From NCBI GenBank assembly GCA_964401445.1, contig CAYNYN010000001.1:1-34087 (forward strand): a stretch of DNA of 34,087 bases. Direction: 5' to 3'. The notes beneath the pieces are model-generated. The model saw only the letters and a program-made list of their open reading frames with translations. It had not been told where the DNA came from and made no database searches. Source of the DNA: an uncultured Saprospiraceae bacterium (GTDB taxonomy: Bacteria; Bacteroidota; Bacteroidia; Chitinophagales; Saprospiraceae). Below, piece by piece: positions 8,950 to 18,135 of this stretch. A program made the translations under genes and the position numbers. Within the stretch, counting starts at the first letter, position 1. Every line of letters begins with the position of its first letter.

Positions 8950-9212
8950 GTTTTCGGATTTTATCTTCAGTGAAAAACCAAACGAGATTTTGGGAATGGC
9001 AAAACAAATAATTTTTTTGATGGGAATTACATTGAAAAATCAATGGCCTTTGCTTAAATTGGCGGCAGGTAACAATCCAACCTTTCAGCTTACCTCTTTC
9101 GCAATCCAATCCAGAACCGTTTATCCCACTGAACCGATTCCAGAGTTCATGACGTAATCAGCGCTTTTTGCCAATGGGCAAAGTAGCGCGAAGGCTAATG
9201 TGTATTGCGATA

Positions 9213-9923
9213 ATGAGGATTGCCCCGTTGCTCCCCTTGCTGGTCTTCTTCTGTGTTTTTCTACCCACGCACGCTGCTGTAGCCCAGCAAGGCACCCCTC
9301 AGGTGTTCTTGCGCACGGGAAGCGATGGCCTGCCCGGCATCGAAGTGACAACACGAATACCCCACAGCCAAACGTGGCTGCGGATACAGGGTGCGTTTTT
9401 CGACCTGAGCATCAATGACTTTGCTACTGACTTCAACGGTCGGTTGAGTTTCGATCTGCTGCTCGACGGCAGCGCCACGCTACATCACCTGGCGCTGTGG
9501 GCCGACTGGCCGCTGAACGAAAAGCAATGGCTTCGGGCCTGTGCCGGCGTGGGCCTTTTTGCCCAGAGTGAGTTGTCGGGGAAAATCCAGTTGGCTGGCA
9601 CCTTCCGGTTCAACGACATCGACTTCACGCCGGAGGAAATCGGCTACTGGCAGGGCACGGTCCGCTATCCGATACCTTTCGCGCCCTATGCCGGCATTGC
9701 CCTGGGCAAGATTACGCCTGCACGGCGCTTCGGCCTGTCGGTGGACCTCGGCACCTATTACCGACTGAATCACAGGGTGCTGGTCGATGCCACCAACCTG
9801 TTGCGGGGAAATGAGGAGCGCGCCGACCGGCTCACCGAACTCACGAAATTTTTGAGATGGACCCCGGTCCTTTCATTCAGGATGACCTACAAATTCTTTA
9901 ACCATCAAATTACCTCGTCATGA
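9213..9923 (+). CDS. hypothetical secreted protein, probable outer-membrane beta-barrel
   Basis: ORF 9168..9923. The ATG at 9213 gives a canonical signal peptide MRIAPLLPLLVFFCVFLPTHA-AVA (the ATG at 9174 is also possible). The C-terminus SFRMTYKF resembles an OM beta-signal. Its stop overlaps the next start (ATGA at 9920-9923). Confidence 0.6.
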   Translation: MRIAPLLPLLVFFCVFLPTHAAVAQQGTPQVFLRTGSDGLPGIEVTTRIPHSQTWLRIQGAFFDLSINDFATDFNGRLSFDLLLDGSATLHHLALWADWPLNEKQWLRACAGVGLFAQSELSGKIQLAGTFRFNDIDFTPEEIGYWQGTVRYPIPFAPYAGIALGKITPARRFGLSVDLGTYYRLNHRVLVDATNLLRGNEERADRLTELTKFLRWTPVLSFRMTYKFFNHQITSS

Positions 9924-11701
9924 AGTGGCTTCAACGCAACGTAAAAACAAGTATGTTCCTCACGCTGGGGTTCGCCCTCATGGGCCTCATGTGGTCTTCG
10001 TGCAGCAAAATCGAAAACATCGCCTCTGAAACGGGGGTCGTCTTCGACACCGATTTGCTCACCAATTTCGCCATGGTACAGTACATCGACGCGACCGATC
10101 CGGATGTGGCGCCCGAAGGACTCAAGGTAGAGATCCTGGGCAAGGACAAGGATCAGGTTTATTCGGTGCTGGGCGAGAAAAACATCGAGACCGATGGCGG
10201 CAACTTCGTCAACCTGGCGGTACGCAAAATCGTCACCGTCGACGAAGAAGACCCGCTCGAGTTCACCATCAAGGTGACGGCTCCCGGATACCTGCCTTCC
10301 TATCGCAACGTGACCATTTACGAGCTGGAAGACTTCCAGTTCATCACCATCCCCATGGTTCGCGAAGCGACCGATGCCGAAGGCGTGGCCTTCAAAACGG
10401 CCAGTGTCGAGTTCGGTCCTCAGGGCACCTCGGAGGCGGTAGCGTTCGAGAGCCGCACGCCGGCATCGAGCCTGCAGCCCATCCACGTGACCATCCCCGC
10501 CCAGACGGCAGCTTTTGCCGCCAATGGCCAGAAGCTCCAGGGCGAAGCCGTGGTCCATCTCGGTCAGTTCGATCCCTACAACCCCATGGCCATGAAGGCC
10601 TTCCCGGGTGAGCTGGCCGTAGCCAATTTCCTGAACGAAGAGGGCTTCGACGTGGGTCCCACGGGTCTGCGTCCCATGGCTTTCTATGCCCTGGACATGT
10701 ACGTCGACGGGCAGGAAGTAAAGACCTTTAGCCAGCCCATCACGGTACGTCTGCCCATCGATGCCCAGACGATCAACCCTGCCACGGGCAACCCCGTACA
10801 GGTGGGCGACGAACTGGCCGTAGCCAGCTTCGATGAAGAGGCAGCCGTCTGGAAGCAGGAACAGACCGTGACGGTAGCAGCCGACAACCTGGGCCGCATG
10901 TATGTGCAGTTCGAGCAACCGCACCTTTCCTACTGGTTCATCGGCGCTGTACCCGCAGGCTGCGTGTACACCTTGCTGCGGATCAACTCGGATATCCCCA
11001 AAGTGGCCGACATCTTCCGCACGTTTTACACCGAACTGGTCGATGCCAACACCGGCCAGCCGGTAGCACAGGGCAGGTATTTCCGTTTCTACAACTTCGA
11101 GCGCATCTTCATCTTTTTCCCGCCTGCCGGTGATGTGAAGCTGCGCATCTGGGATGGCGACGAAGTGTGCAAGGACGACATGCTGTATGAGTCGCCCACG
11201 TTCAACACCTGCGCGGGTTCGTTCTTCAACCCGACCGACATCGACGTGGGCAACAGCCTGCGCAAAGAGGAATGGACGGAAATCTTCGTCGAAGTGAGCG
11301 GGGTATGCCCCAACGGCCTGACCGTGCGCCCCACCCTGCCGGTGCTGTACAAGGATCCTTCCTGTACTGCCTATTCGCTGCTGGGGAACATGAAGAGCGG
11401 AAAAGGCTGGACGACCAAGCTGCGCCAGGGCCAGTACTACGACTTTGCCGTCATCTACGCCGGCCTGGACCGCCGCATCAACCTGCAGGTACCCAAGCAG
11501 GATACCGTGATCAACATCGTCAGCCCCGTGTACAACTTCACCGAGACGATCGTAGTGGATTGGGTACCCGGCTCGAATGGCGTAGGTCAGAAGCTGCACC
11601 TCAACTATCAGAACATCCAAATGCCGCAGCTTGCCTGTGACGAGTACCTGATGTACTTCAATCCGGATGGCACGCCCATCAACCCCGGCAACGGCAACTA
11701 A
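9920..11701 (+). CDS. hypothetical large lipoprotein
   Basis: 593 aa. Lipoprotein signal MFLTLGFALMGLMWSSC-SK. No family recognised by eye. Coding-like GC3 bias and translational coupling to the upstream gene. Confidence 0.7.
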   Translation: MKWLQRNVKTSMFLTLGFALMGLMWSSCSKIENIASETGVVFDTDLLTNFAMVQYIDATDPDVAPEGLKVEILGKDKDQVYSVLGEKNIETDGGNFVNLAVRKIVTVDEEDPLEFTIKVTAPGYLPSYRNVTIYELEDFQFITIPMVREATDAEGVAFKTASVEFGPQGTSEAVAFESRTPASSLQPIHVTIPAQTAAFAANGQKLQGEAVVHLGQFDPYNPMAMKAFPGELAVANFLNEEGFDVGPTGLRPMAFYALDMYVDGQEVKTFSQPITVRLPIDAQTINPATGNPVQVGDELAVASFDEEAAVWKQEQTVTVAADNLGRMYVQFEQPHLSYWFIGAVPAGCVYTLLRINSDIPKVADIFRTFYTELVDANTGQPVAQGRYFRFYNFERIFIFFPPAGDVKLRIWDGDEVCKDDMLYESPTFNTCAGSFFNPTDIDVGNSLRKEEWTEIFVEVSGVCPNGLTVRPTLPVLYKDPSCTAYSLLGNMKSGKGWTTKLRQGQYYDFAVIYAGLDRRINLQVPKQDTVINIVSPVYNFTETIVVDWVPGSNGVGQKLHLNYQNIQMPQLACDEYLMYFNPDGTPINPGNGN

Positions 11702-11763
11702 TCGGCAAACACACGTGGCCAAGACGTAACAGCCACTTCAAATTTGGCCTCTGCCAAAATATC

Positions 11764-11793
11764 ATCGCCGGCCTGATGCATCAGGCCGGCGAT
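11764..11793. terminator. bidirectional terminator (perfect 30-bp palindrome)
   Basis: atcgccggcctgatgcatcaggccggcgat equals its own reverse complement. It is flanked by aaaata upstream and tctttctc downstream, between convergent genes ending at 11701 and 11861. Confidence 0.7.
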
Positions 11794-11860
11794 TCTTTCT
11801 CCCGATTCCATGGGCCAGGATGAGGCATAGCCTCCTGCGCTGCCCGTGAGCCGCAAACGA

Positions 11861-13570
11861 TCAATTCGCCTGATCGGCACCGAGCGTCGCAGGGATCCAG
11901 CTGCCCGGCTTTGTCGTTTCAGCGTAGATCTTCTCGTAATACTCGCGCGCCATGCGCTTGCTGTCGAAAAAGGGAACGATCTCGCGCATGCTGTTGGCCC
12001 GGATGGCAGCCCATTGCTCCCTTCCCTCGTAATAGGTGGGCAGGATCTTTTCGCGGAAGATGCGCATCAGGTTGCGGCGGTCTTCCTCGTCGATCTGCTC
12101 GAGCGGCTGCGCCAGATCGGCGGGTGGCACGACGAATGCGTTGTGTCCATCCCGGGCGAATTCGGGGATCCAGCCATCCCAGGTGGAGCAATTGATGGCC
12201 CCGTTCATGGCTGCCGTCATGCCGCTGGTACCCGATGCCTCGCGCGTCACGCGCGGGTTGTTGAGCCAGATATCGGCACCTTTTTTCAGTGCCATGGAAA
12301 GGTTCATCTCGTAGCCCGCCAGCACCGCCACATTGGGGAATTGCTCGGCCATATGGGCCAACCGGTTGAACGTGGCTATGGCACCGTAATCCTTCGGGTA
12401 GGGCTTGCCGGCCCAGATGATCTGGACGGGGCGATCCTGATTGCGCACCAGCTCGACGAACTCGTCCCAGTTGCGCGTGATCAGATCGGCGCGCTTGTAA
12501 CCCGCGAAGCGCCGCGCCCAGACGATGGTACAAACTTCCGGGTCGAAAATTTTGCCCGTCTGGTCCGCCACGATCTGGAAGAGTTGCTCCTTCATCTCCC
12601 GCTTGCGGCGCTCGATGGCCTCCTCGTCATGCTGCTCGAGGGCCTGGTACAAGGGCCGGTCGTGCCAGTAGTCGAAATCCTGGGCGTTGGTCACGTGCAC
12701 GATGGGGCAGATGCCGCCATGATCGCGCCACATGTCGCGCGCCACCTGCCCGTGCAGTCTCGACACGCCATTGGCGATGCGGGCCATGCGCAGGGCGGCC
12801 AGCGAGAGATTGAACGACGGCCCGTCGATGCCCGTGAGCTGCACCACCTTTTCGCGACGCAATCCGCCAAAGAAGCCCATCCGTTCGAGCAGGGCGATGT
12901 CGTGCGACTCATTGCCGGCAGGCACTGGCGTATGCGTGGTGAAGACGAGGCGCTGGCGCAGAGCCGAAGCCGATTGCAGCTTTTCGAACAGATAGAAGGC
13001 GGCCGGCAGGCCATGCGCTTCGTTGAGGTGATACACCTCGGCATCGAAGCCGATTTCTTCGAGCAGGCGAGCCCCACCCCGCCCCAGCAAAATGTACTGG
13101 GCGATCTTCGTTTCGACGTTGTCGTCGTACAGGCGATGGCAGATGGTGCGCGCCAGATAGTCGTTTTCGGGCAGATCGGTCGAAAGCAGGAACACGGGCG
13201 CCGTGCCGAACACATGGGGCGGCAGATACCACGCCTTGACCCACACCGGGTGGTTATTCACCTCGATGCGGAAGCGGATGCCCGTGTCTTCGAGGAAGTT
13301 GTAAAAGCGCTCGCGGAAAACGGCCTGCAACTCATTCTGGTCGTTCCACTGCTGCTCGTAGTAGCCGAACTTCCACAGGATGCCGATACCCACCAGATTC
13401 TGGCCCAGCGTGTAGGCGCTGCGCATGTGCGAGCCCGCCAGATAGCCAAGCCCGCCCGAATAGATCCGAAGGGGATGATCGATGCCGAATTCCATGCAGA
13501 AATAGGCCACCTTCTTCCTGAAGGCATCGCTGATTTCATAGGGGGGTGTGAAAGGCTTCTTCATGTCCAT
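11861..13570 (-). CDS. alpha-glucan phosphorylase family protein (GT35), short bacterial/archaeal type
   Basis: 569 aa. VAYFCMEFGIDHPLRIYSGGLGYLAGSHMRSA at the N-terminus and REASGTSGMTAAMNGA near the C-terminus fit the glycogen/maltodextrin phosphorylase fold. See the finding on the Thr at the PLP-lysine position. Confidence 0.85.
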   Translation of the reverse strand: MDMKKPFTPPYEISDAFRKKVAYFCMEFGIDHPLRIYSGGLGYLAGSHMRSAYTLGQNLVGIGILWKFGYYEQQWNDQNELQAVFRERFYNFLEDTGIRFRIEVNNHPVWVKAWYLPPHVFGTAPVFLLSTDLPENDYLARTICHRLYDDNVETKIAQYILLGRGGARLLEEIGFDAEVYHLNEAHGLPAAFYLFEKLQSASALRQRLVFTTHTPVPAGNESHDIALLERMGFFGGLRREKVVQLTGIDGPSFNLSLAALRMARIANGVSRLHGQVARDMWRDHGGICPIVHVTNAQDFDYWHDRPLYQALEQHDEEAIERRKREMKEQLFQIVADQTGKIFDPEVCTIVWARRFAGYKRADLITRNWDEFVELVRNQDRPVQIIWAGKPYPKDYGAIATFNRLAHMAEQFPNVAVLAGYEMNLSMALKKGADIWLNNPRVTREASGTSGMTAAMNGAINCSTWDGWIPEFARDGHNAFVVPPADLAQPLEQIDEEDRRNLMRIFREKILPTYYEGREQWAAIRANSMREIVPFFDSKRMAREYYEKIYAETTKPGSWIPATLGADQAN

Positions 13571-13943
13571 AACAGTTGCTTTTTGCTCTTTTTCAATGCA
13601 TTACAATCAATAAAAAACCACCTGCGCAATGCACTTAGGGTCAAAAGTACCAAAACTGGCTTCTTTCCCCGTTTGCTTGTCCAAAGAAAATTTTCGGGCA
13701 CTTGCGCAGTGCGAAATTTTCGAGAAATGGCGGCTTTGCGCCGAAAATCGGCATCCTGAGTCAGGAATGCCGGATCCGAAGAATCCCGATCAACCAAACA
13801 AATTGATTTTCAACTCTTTATTCAACCAACAATCGAAGCCCGAGCAGATCAGCGAGTAAGTAAGGGAGCTGACCTTTTTCAAAATTTCGGCCTGCCGGAG
13901 CGAAAAAAATTTCCTCTCCTGTTGGAGAAAGCAAATCGACCCG

Positions 13944-13990
13944 TATATTTGACCAACCAAAAATTGGTCGACCAATTTTTAGCAGACCAA
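13944..13990 (+). promoter_or_regulatory. putative gntR promoter -7 box overlapping a GntR-type operator
   Basis: TATATTTG at 13944-13951 is a perfect Bacteroidota TAnnTTTG box. It is followed immediately by GACCAA (13951-13956), the perfect 12-bp palindrome TTGGTCGACCAA (13964-13975) and a further GACCAA (13985-13990), just upstream of the ATG at 14003. Confidence 0.55.
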
Positions 13991-14002
13991 AACCACGAAG
14001 GA

Positions 14003-14749
14003 ATGTCCAAATCGAACAATTTGTTAGACAACTTCAGGGAGATCGAGATAGAATCACCGGTCGACAAGATCATCCGCCAGATTCGCGAGCTGATCAGTGG
14101 GGGGCATCTGAAACCCGGCGACCGGCTCCCGCCCGAGCGCCAGCTGGCAGAAAAGCTGGGCGTGGGGCGCACCCATGTGCGCGAAGCCATCCGCAAACTC
14201 GAGTTTTACGGCATCCTCAAAACCCTTCCCCAGAGTGGCACCTTCGTGGCGGGCATCGGGATCACGGCCCTGGAAGGGCTGATCACCGACGTACTGCAAC
14301 TGGATAATCACGACTTCGCCTCACTGGTGGAGACGCGGGTCATTCTGGAAACCCATACGGCCCGGCTGGCGGCCCTGCGCCGTACACCGGAGGATATCGT
14401 CAACCTCGAGAAGGCGCTCGACGCCTACGAGAAGAAAGTCAAAACGGGACAGCCCGCAGTGGAGGAAGACCTGCTGTTTCACATAAAAATCGCGGAAGCG
14501 AGCCAGAACAACGTGCTCAAGTCGCTCATGCTCATCATCACCCCAGACATCGTCAACAACTTCATCAAACTGGATGTGTGCAAGGACGGCCGGTTCTATC
14601 GGTCGTTGGAGGAACACCATACCATCCTGCAGCACATCGTTGCCGGCGACGCAGAAGCCGCTTCGGAAGCCATGCGTGCACACTTGAAAGACGTGTTGGA
14701 ATATAGCAAGTCGTTGCGTAACGGAAACACAAACGGAACCGGGCACTGA
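14003..14749 (+). CDS. GntR-family transcriptional regulator with FadR/FCD C-terminal domain (alginate-locus regulator)
   Basis: ORF 13922..14749 opens at a TTG; first ATG at 14003 (MSKSNNLL...). Winged helix-turn-helix LPPERQLAEKLGVGRTHVREAIRKLEFYGILKTLPQSGTFV, then a helical FCD-like domain. Confidence 0.9.
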   Translation: MSKSNNLLDNFREIEIESPVDKIIRQIRELISGGHLKPGDRLPPERQLAEKLGVGRTHVREAIRKLEFYGILKTLPQSGTFVAGIGITALEGLITDVLQLDNHDFASLVETRVILETHTARLAALRRTPEDIVNLEKALDAYEKKVKTGQPAVEEDLLFHIKIAEASQNNVLKSLMLIITPDIVNNFIKLDVCKDGRFYRSLEEHHTILQHIVAGDAEAASEAMRAHLKDVLEYSKSLRNGNTNGTGH

Positions 14750-15006
14750 CGGACAGCGCTTGATTTGCCGAAAGGCAAAACTGCAGGGAGCACACAACGA
14801 ACACGCGAACGGACATATCCCACCCCGAATGACCTGAGGGCCGTCTTCGGCCCGAATCACACCACAAGTAATTACTCGCCAACGAGCTCAGGGCTGCGCC
14901 CTGAGGAAGGGGAGGTATGTCTCATGTTGCCTCTCTGCTGAATGCGGATATAAAAATGCCCACCCGCAAGGGTGAGCTTTAACTAAACAACTAAATAATG
15001 TGAATT

Positions 15007-18000
15007 ATGGATGCAAAGTTAACAAAGAAGCATCGCTTGGGGATCTCCATCCTCCTCGCAGGGCTGGTGCTCCTCTTCACGCTCCCCGCCAGCAGGGCCG
15101 AAGCGGCTGTGCCCCCGGGTCTGGAAGAGGCTGCACAGGCGGCCCAGCGCATTACCGGCACCGTCACCTCCGGTGAAGACGGCAAGCCGCTCATCGGTGT
15201 CACCGTGATGGTCAAGGGCAAGAACGTCGGCACCGTCACGGACATCGATGGCAAGTTCGTACTCGAGGACGTGGAAGAAGGCGACGTGCTCGTCTTCAGC
15301 TACCTGGGCTACGTGACACAGGAGGTCACCGTCACGGCCGGGATGACCACCGTGGACGTCGTGCTGATGCCCGACATCGCCCAACTGGAAGAAGTGGTGG
15401 TCGTCGGCTATGGTCAGGTCAAGAAGTCGCACCTCACCGGCTCGGTTTCGAAAGTCAAGAACGAGCTGCTGGACCAGATCCCCGTGGCGCGCGTCGATGA
15501 GGCGCTCGTCGGGCGGGTGTCGGGTGTCAACATCCAGATGACCAACCCGAGCGCCGGTGAGAGCCCGACCATCCGCGTGCGCGGTACCGGCTCGATCACG
15601 GCCAGCTCCGATCCGCTCATCGTGGTGGACGGCGTGCCCGTCGATGCCGAGTTTTTGGGCAACCTGGACATGAACAACGTGGCTTCGGTCGAGGTGCTCA
15701 AGGATGCGGCCTCGGCGGCCATCTACGGCTCGCGCGGCGCCAACGGCGTCATCATGATCACCACCAAGGGCGGCGAGGAAGGCAAGCCCCGCTTCTCGTA
15801 CAACACCTACGTGGGCTTCAAGGAAGTACCCTACAACGACAAGATCTTCAAGACGGTAGACGAATGGGCCGCATACGTGGAACAGGCCCGCGGCAGCCTC
15901 ACCGACGAGATGAAGTACATCCTGCAACTGGGCACCGAGACGGACTGGCAGAAAGTGATGTTCGACGGCGGCATGATCCAGAGCCACAACATCTCGGCCA
16001 GCGGCGGCACCAATCGCTCGCGCTACCGCCTGGCACTGGGCTTCCTGGATGACGGCGGCGTGCTGCTCACCGACCACTACACCAAGTACAACGTGCAGCT
16101 CCAGCTGGACACGCGCGTCAACGACGTGGTGGAAATGGGCATCAAGCTCAGCCCCTCCTACAGCCGCCAGCGCCTCTTCCCCATTGGCGTGCACGACGCC
16201 CTGCGTCAGTCGCCCTGGTTGCCCATCTACCACGACGAAAACACGATCCAGTACGTGGATCGCAACAAGTATCCCGACGTGAAGATCGGCGACTACCCCT
16301 GGGAGCGCCACTTCGACAACTACGACCTGTATGGCAACGGCAGCGACGTGGACATCAGCACCACCTCGAACGCCAACGCCTATGCCAAGGTGGTCGAGCG
16401 CAACCGCCAGGTGTTCCGCTACAAGATGTACGGCAGCGGCTATCTGAAGCTGAACCTGGCCCCCGGCCTGAGCTTCCGCTCGTCGCTGGGTGGCGACATC
16501 GGCTACCGCGAGCGCCGCTACTGGCAGGGCACCAAGGCCGACCGCCGCGGCGCTTCCCGCACCTCGTCCTTCTACAGCAACAGCGTCACGACGCACTGGG
16601 TGTCGGAAAACATTTTCAACTACGACCTGAGCAAGGGACCGCACGACCTGAACGTGGTGGCAGGCTTCGCTGCCGAAAAGTGGCACTGGCGCAATGCCGA
16701 GGTAGAAGGCGGCGGCTTCCAGTTCGACTTCATCGAGACCATCAATGCGGCCTCCGTCATTACGGGTGGCTCGTCGAACGAGGAAGAGGCCAGCCTGCTG
16801 TCGTACCTGGCCCGTGCCAACTACTCGTACGACAACAAGTACCTGGTCTCGATCAGTGCCCGTACCGACGGCAGCTCGCGCTTCGGCCCCAACAACAAGT
16901 TCGGCTTCTTCCCCGCCTTCAGCGTAGGCTGGCGCGTGTCGGAAGAAGACTTCCTTGCCGACAACCCCGTCATCAGCGACCTGAAGATTCGCTTCAGCTA
17001 CGGTACCACCGGCAACAACTCCATTGGCAACTACCAACACCTGGGCTTGCTGGGCGTCGTGGGTGCCGTCATCGACGGTCAGGTGGTACCCGGTTTCAAT
17101 CCGCTCAACATCGCCAACCCCAGCCTGCAATGGGAAAAGTCGGTCGAGCTGAACCCCGGCATCGATATCGGTCTGTACGAAGGCCGTATCTACCTGACGG
17201 CCGAAGTGTACAAGCGCACCAGCGATCAGCTGCTGCTCGACCAGCCCGTGCCCTCGGTCACCGGCTTTACCGAGGCCACCGTCAACATCGGCGAGGTGGA
17301 AAACAAGGGCTTCGAGCTGGAGCTCACCACGCATAACATCAACACGGGCAACTTCAAGTGGACCAGCCGCGTGCTGTTCTCCCGCAACAAGAACACGCTG
17401 ACCGACTTCGCCAACGCCGACGGCCTGATCTCGATCATCGACCCGAAGCGGCCGGCCGAATGGATCAACCTGGTAGGGCATCCCATTTCCTCTTTCTACG
17501 GCTACGTGGTGGATCACGAGATCGACCCGCAATACATCAAGGATCCCTACTACCCCATCAATGCCAAGTCGCAGGACATCTACGTCAAGGACCTCAATGG
17601 CGATGGCGTCATCACGCCCGACGACCGCACCATCCTGGGTTCGGCCTATCCGGATTTCGTCTGGAGCTTCGACAACCAGTTGCAGTACAAGGGCTTCGAT
17701 CTGAGCTTCATGTTCCAGGGATCGCATGGCGCCGAAGTGCGCAACATGGATCCCCAGTACCTGAACAACCAGTTCAGCAGCCGCCAGGACTACACCAGCG
17801 ACTTCCCCGACAAGGACAAGGTGCAGCAGCGCATCTTCACCGACGACATCATCATGGATGCCTCGTACGTGGCGCTGCGCACGTTCAACCTGGGCTACAG
17901 CCTGCCCCAGACGACCCTCTCGTCGCTGGGCATCCAGAAGCTGCGCCTGTTCGTGTCGGCCAACAACCTCATCTACCTGATGTCGGACGGCTACACGGGC

Positions 18001-18114
18001 TTCAACCCCGAAGGGATCAACGCCGGTGGCGACAACCCGCTGACCTATGGCTATCAGCGCGGTGCCGCCCCGATCTATCGCTCGGTTTCGTTCGGCCTCA
18101 ACCTCAATTTCTAA
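15007..18114 (+). CDS. susC: SusC/RagA-family TonB-dependent outer-membrane transporter
   Basis: 1035 aa. Signal peptide. Carboxypeptidase-regulatory-like domain ITGTVTSGEDGKPLIGVTVMVKGKNVGTVTDIDGKF. Plug region with VVVVGYG. C-terminus SVSFGLNLNF. No N-terminal STN/anti-sigma signalling domain. Confidence 0.95.
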   Translation: MDAKLTKKHRLGISILLAGLVLLFTLPASRAEAAVPPGLEEAAQAAQRITGTVTSGEDGKPLIGVTVMVKGKNVGTVTDIDGKFVLEDVEEGDVLVFSYLGYVTQEVTVTAGMTTVDVVLMPDIAQLEEVVVVGYGQVKKSHLTGSVSKVKNELLDQIPVARVDEALVGRVSGVNIQMTNPSAGESPTIRVRGTGSITASSDPLIVVDGVPVDAEFLGNLDMNNVASVEVLKDAASAAIYGSRGANGVIMITTKGGEEGKPRFSYNTYVGFKEVPYNDKIFKTVDEWAAYVEQARGSLTDEMKYILQLGTETDWQKVMFDGGMIQSHNISASGGTNRSRYRLALGFLDDGGVLLTDHYTKYNVQLQLDTRVNDVVEMGIKLSPSYSRQRLFPIGVHDALRQSPWLPIYHDENTIQYVDRNKYPDVKIGDYPWERHFDNYDLYGNGSDVDISTTSNANAYAKVVERNRQVFRYKMYGSGYLKLNLAPGLSFRSSLGGDIGYRERRYWQGTKADRRGASRTSSFYSNSVTTHWVSENIFNYDLSKGPHDLNVVAGFAAEKWHWRNAEVEGGGFQFDFIETINAASVITGGSSNEEEASLLSYLARANYSYDNKYLVSISARTDGSSRFGPNNKFGFFPAFSVGWRVSEEDFLADNPVISDLKIRFSYGTTGNNSIGNYQHLGLLGVVGAVIDGQVVPGFNPLNIANPSLQWEKSVELNPGIDIGLYEGRIYLTAEVYKRTSDQLLLDQPVPSVTGFTEATVNIGEVENKGFELELTTHNINTGNFKWTSRVLFSRNKNTLTDFANADGLISIIDPKRPAEWINLVGHPISSFYGYVVDHEIDPQYIKDPYYPINAKSQDIYVKDLNGDGVITPDDRTILGSAYPDFVWSFDNQLQYKGFDLSFMFQGSHGAEVRNMDPQYLNNQFSSRQDYTSDFPDKDKVQQRIFTDDIIMDASYVALRTFNLGYSLPQTTLSSLGIQKLRLFVSANNLIYLMSDGYTGFNPEGINAGGDNPLTYGYQRGAAPIYRSVSFGLNLNF

Positions 18115-18135
18115 TTCAGATCAAAGCATTCAATC

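Noticed and set aside
15019-17727. 902-aa ORF antisense to susC. Similar long antisense or out-of-frame ORFs include 102..815 +, 797..1579 -, 2269..3342 -, 7624..8973 +, 9905..11722 -, 11846..13759 +, 18130..19710 -, 20979..22019 -, 23021..25438 -, 25731..27149 -, 30525..31517 -, 31536..33017 - and 33141..33983 -.
   Set aside because: These are shadow ORFs, as expected in GC3-biased coding DNA. Their translations are Arg/Gly/Ala/His-rich low-complexity strings with no recognisable motifs. In each case the opposite strand or another frame encodes a protein with clear family signatures.
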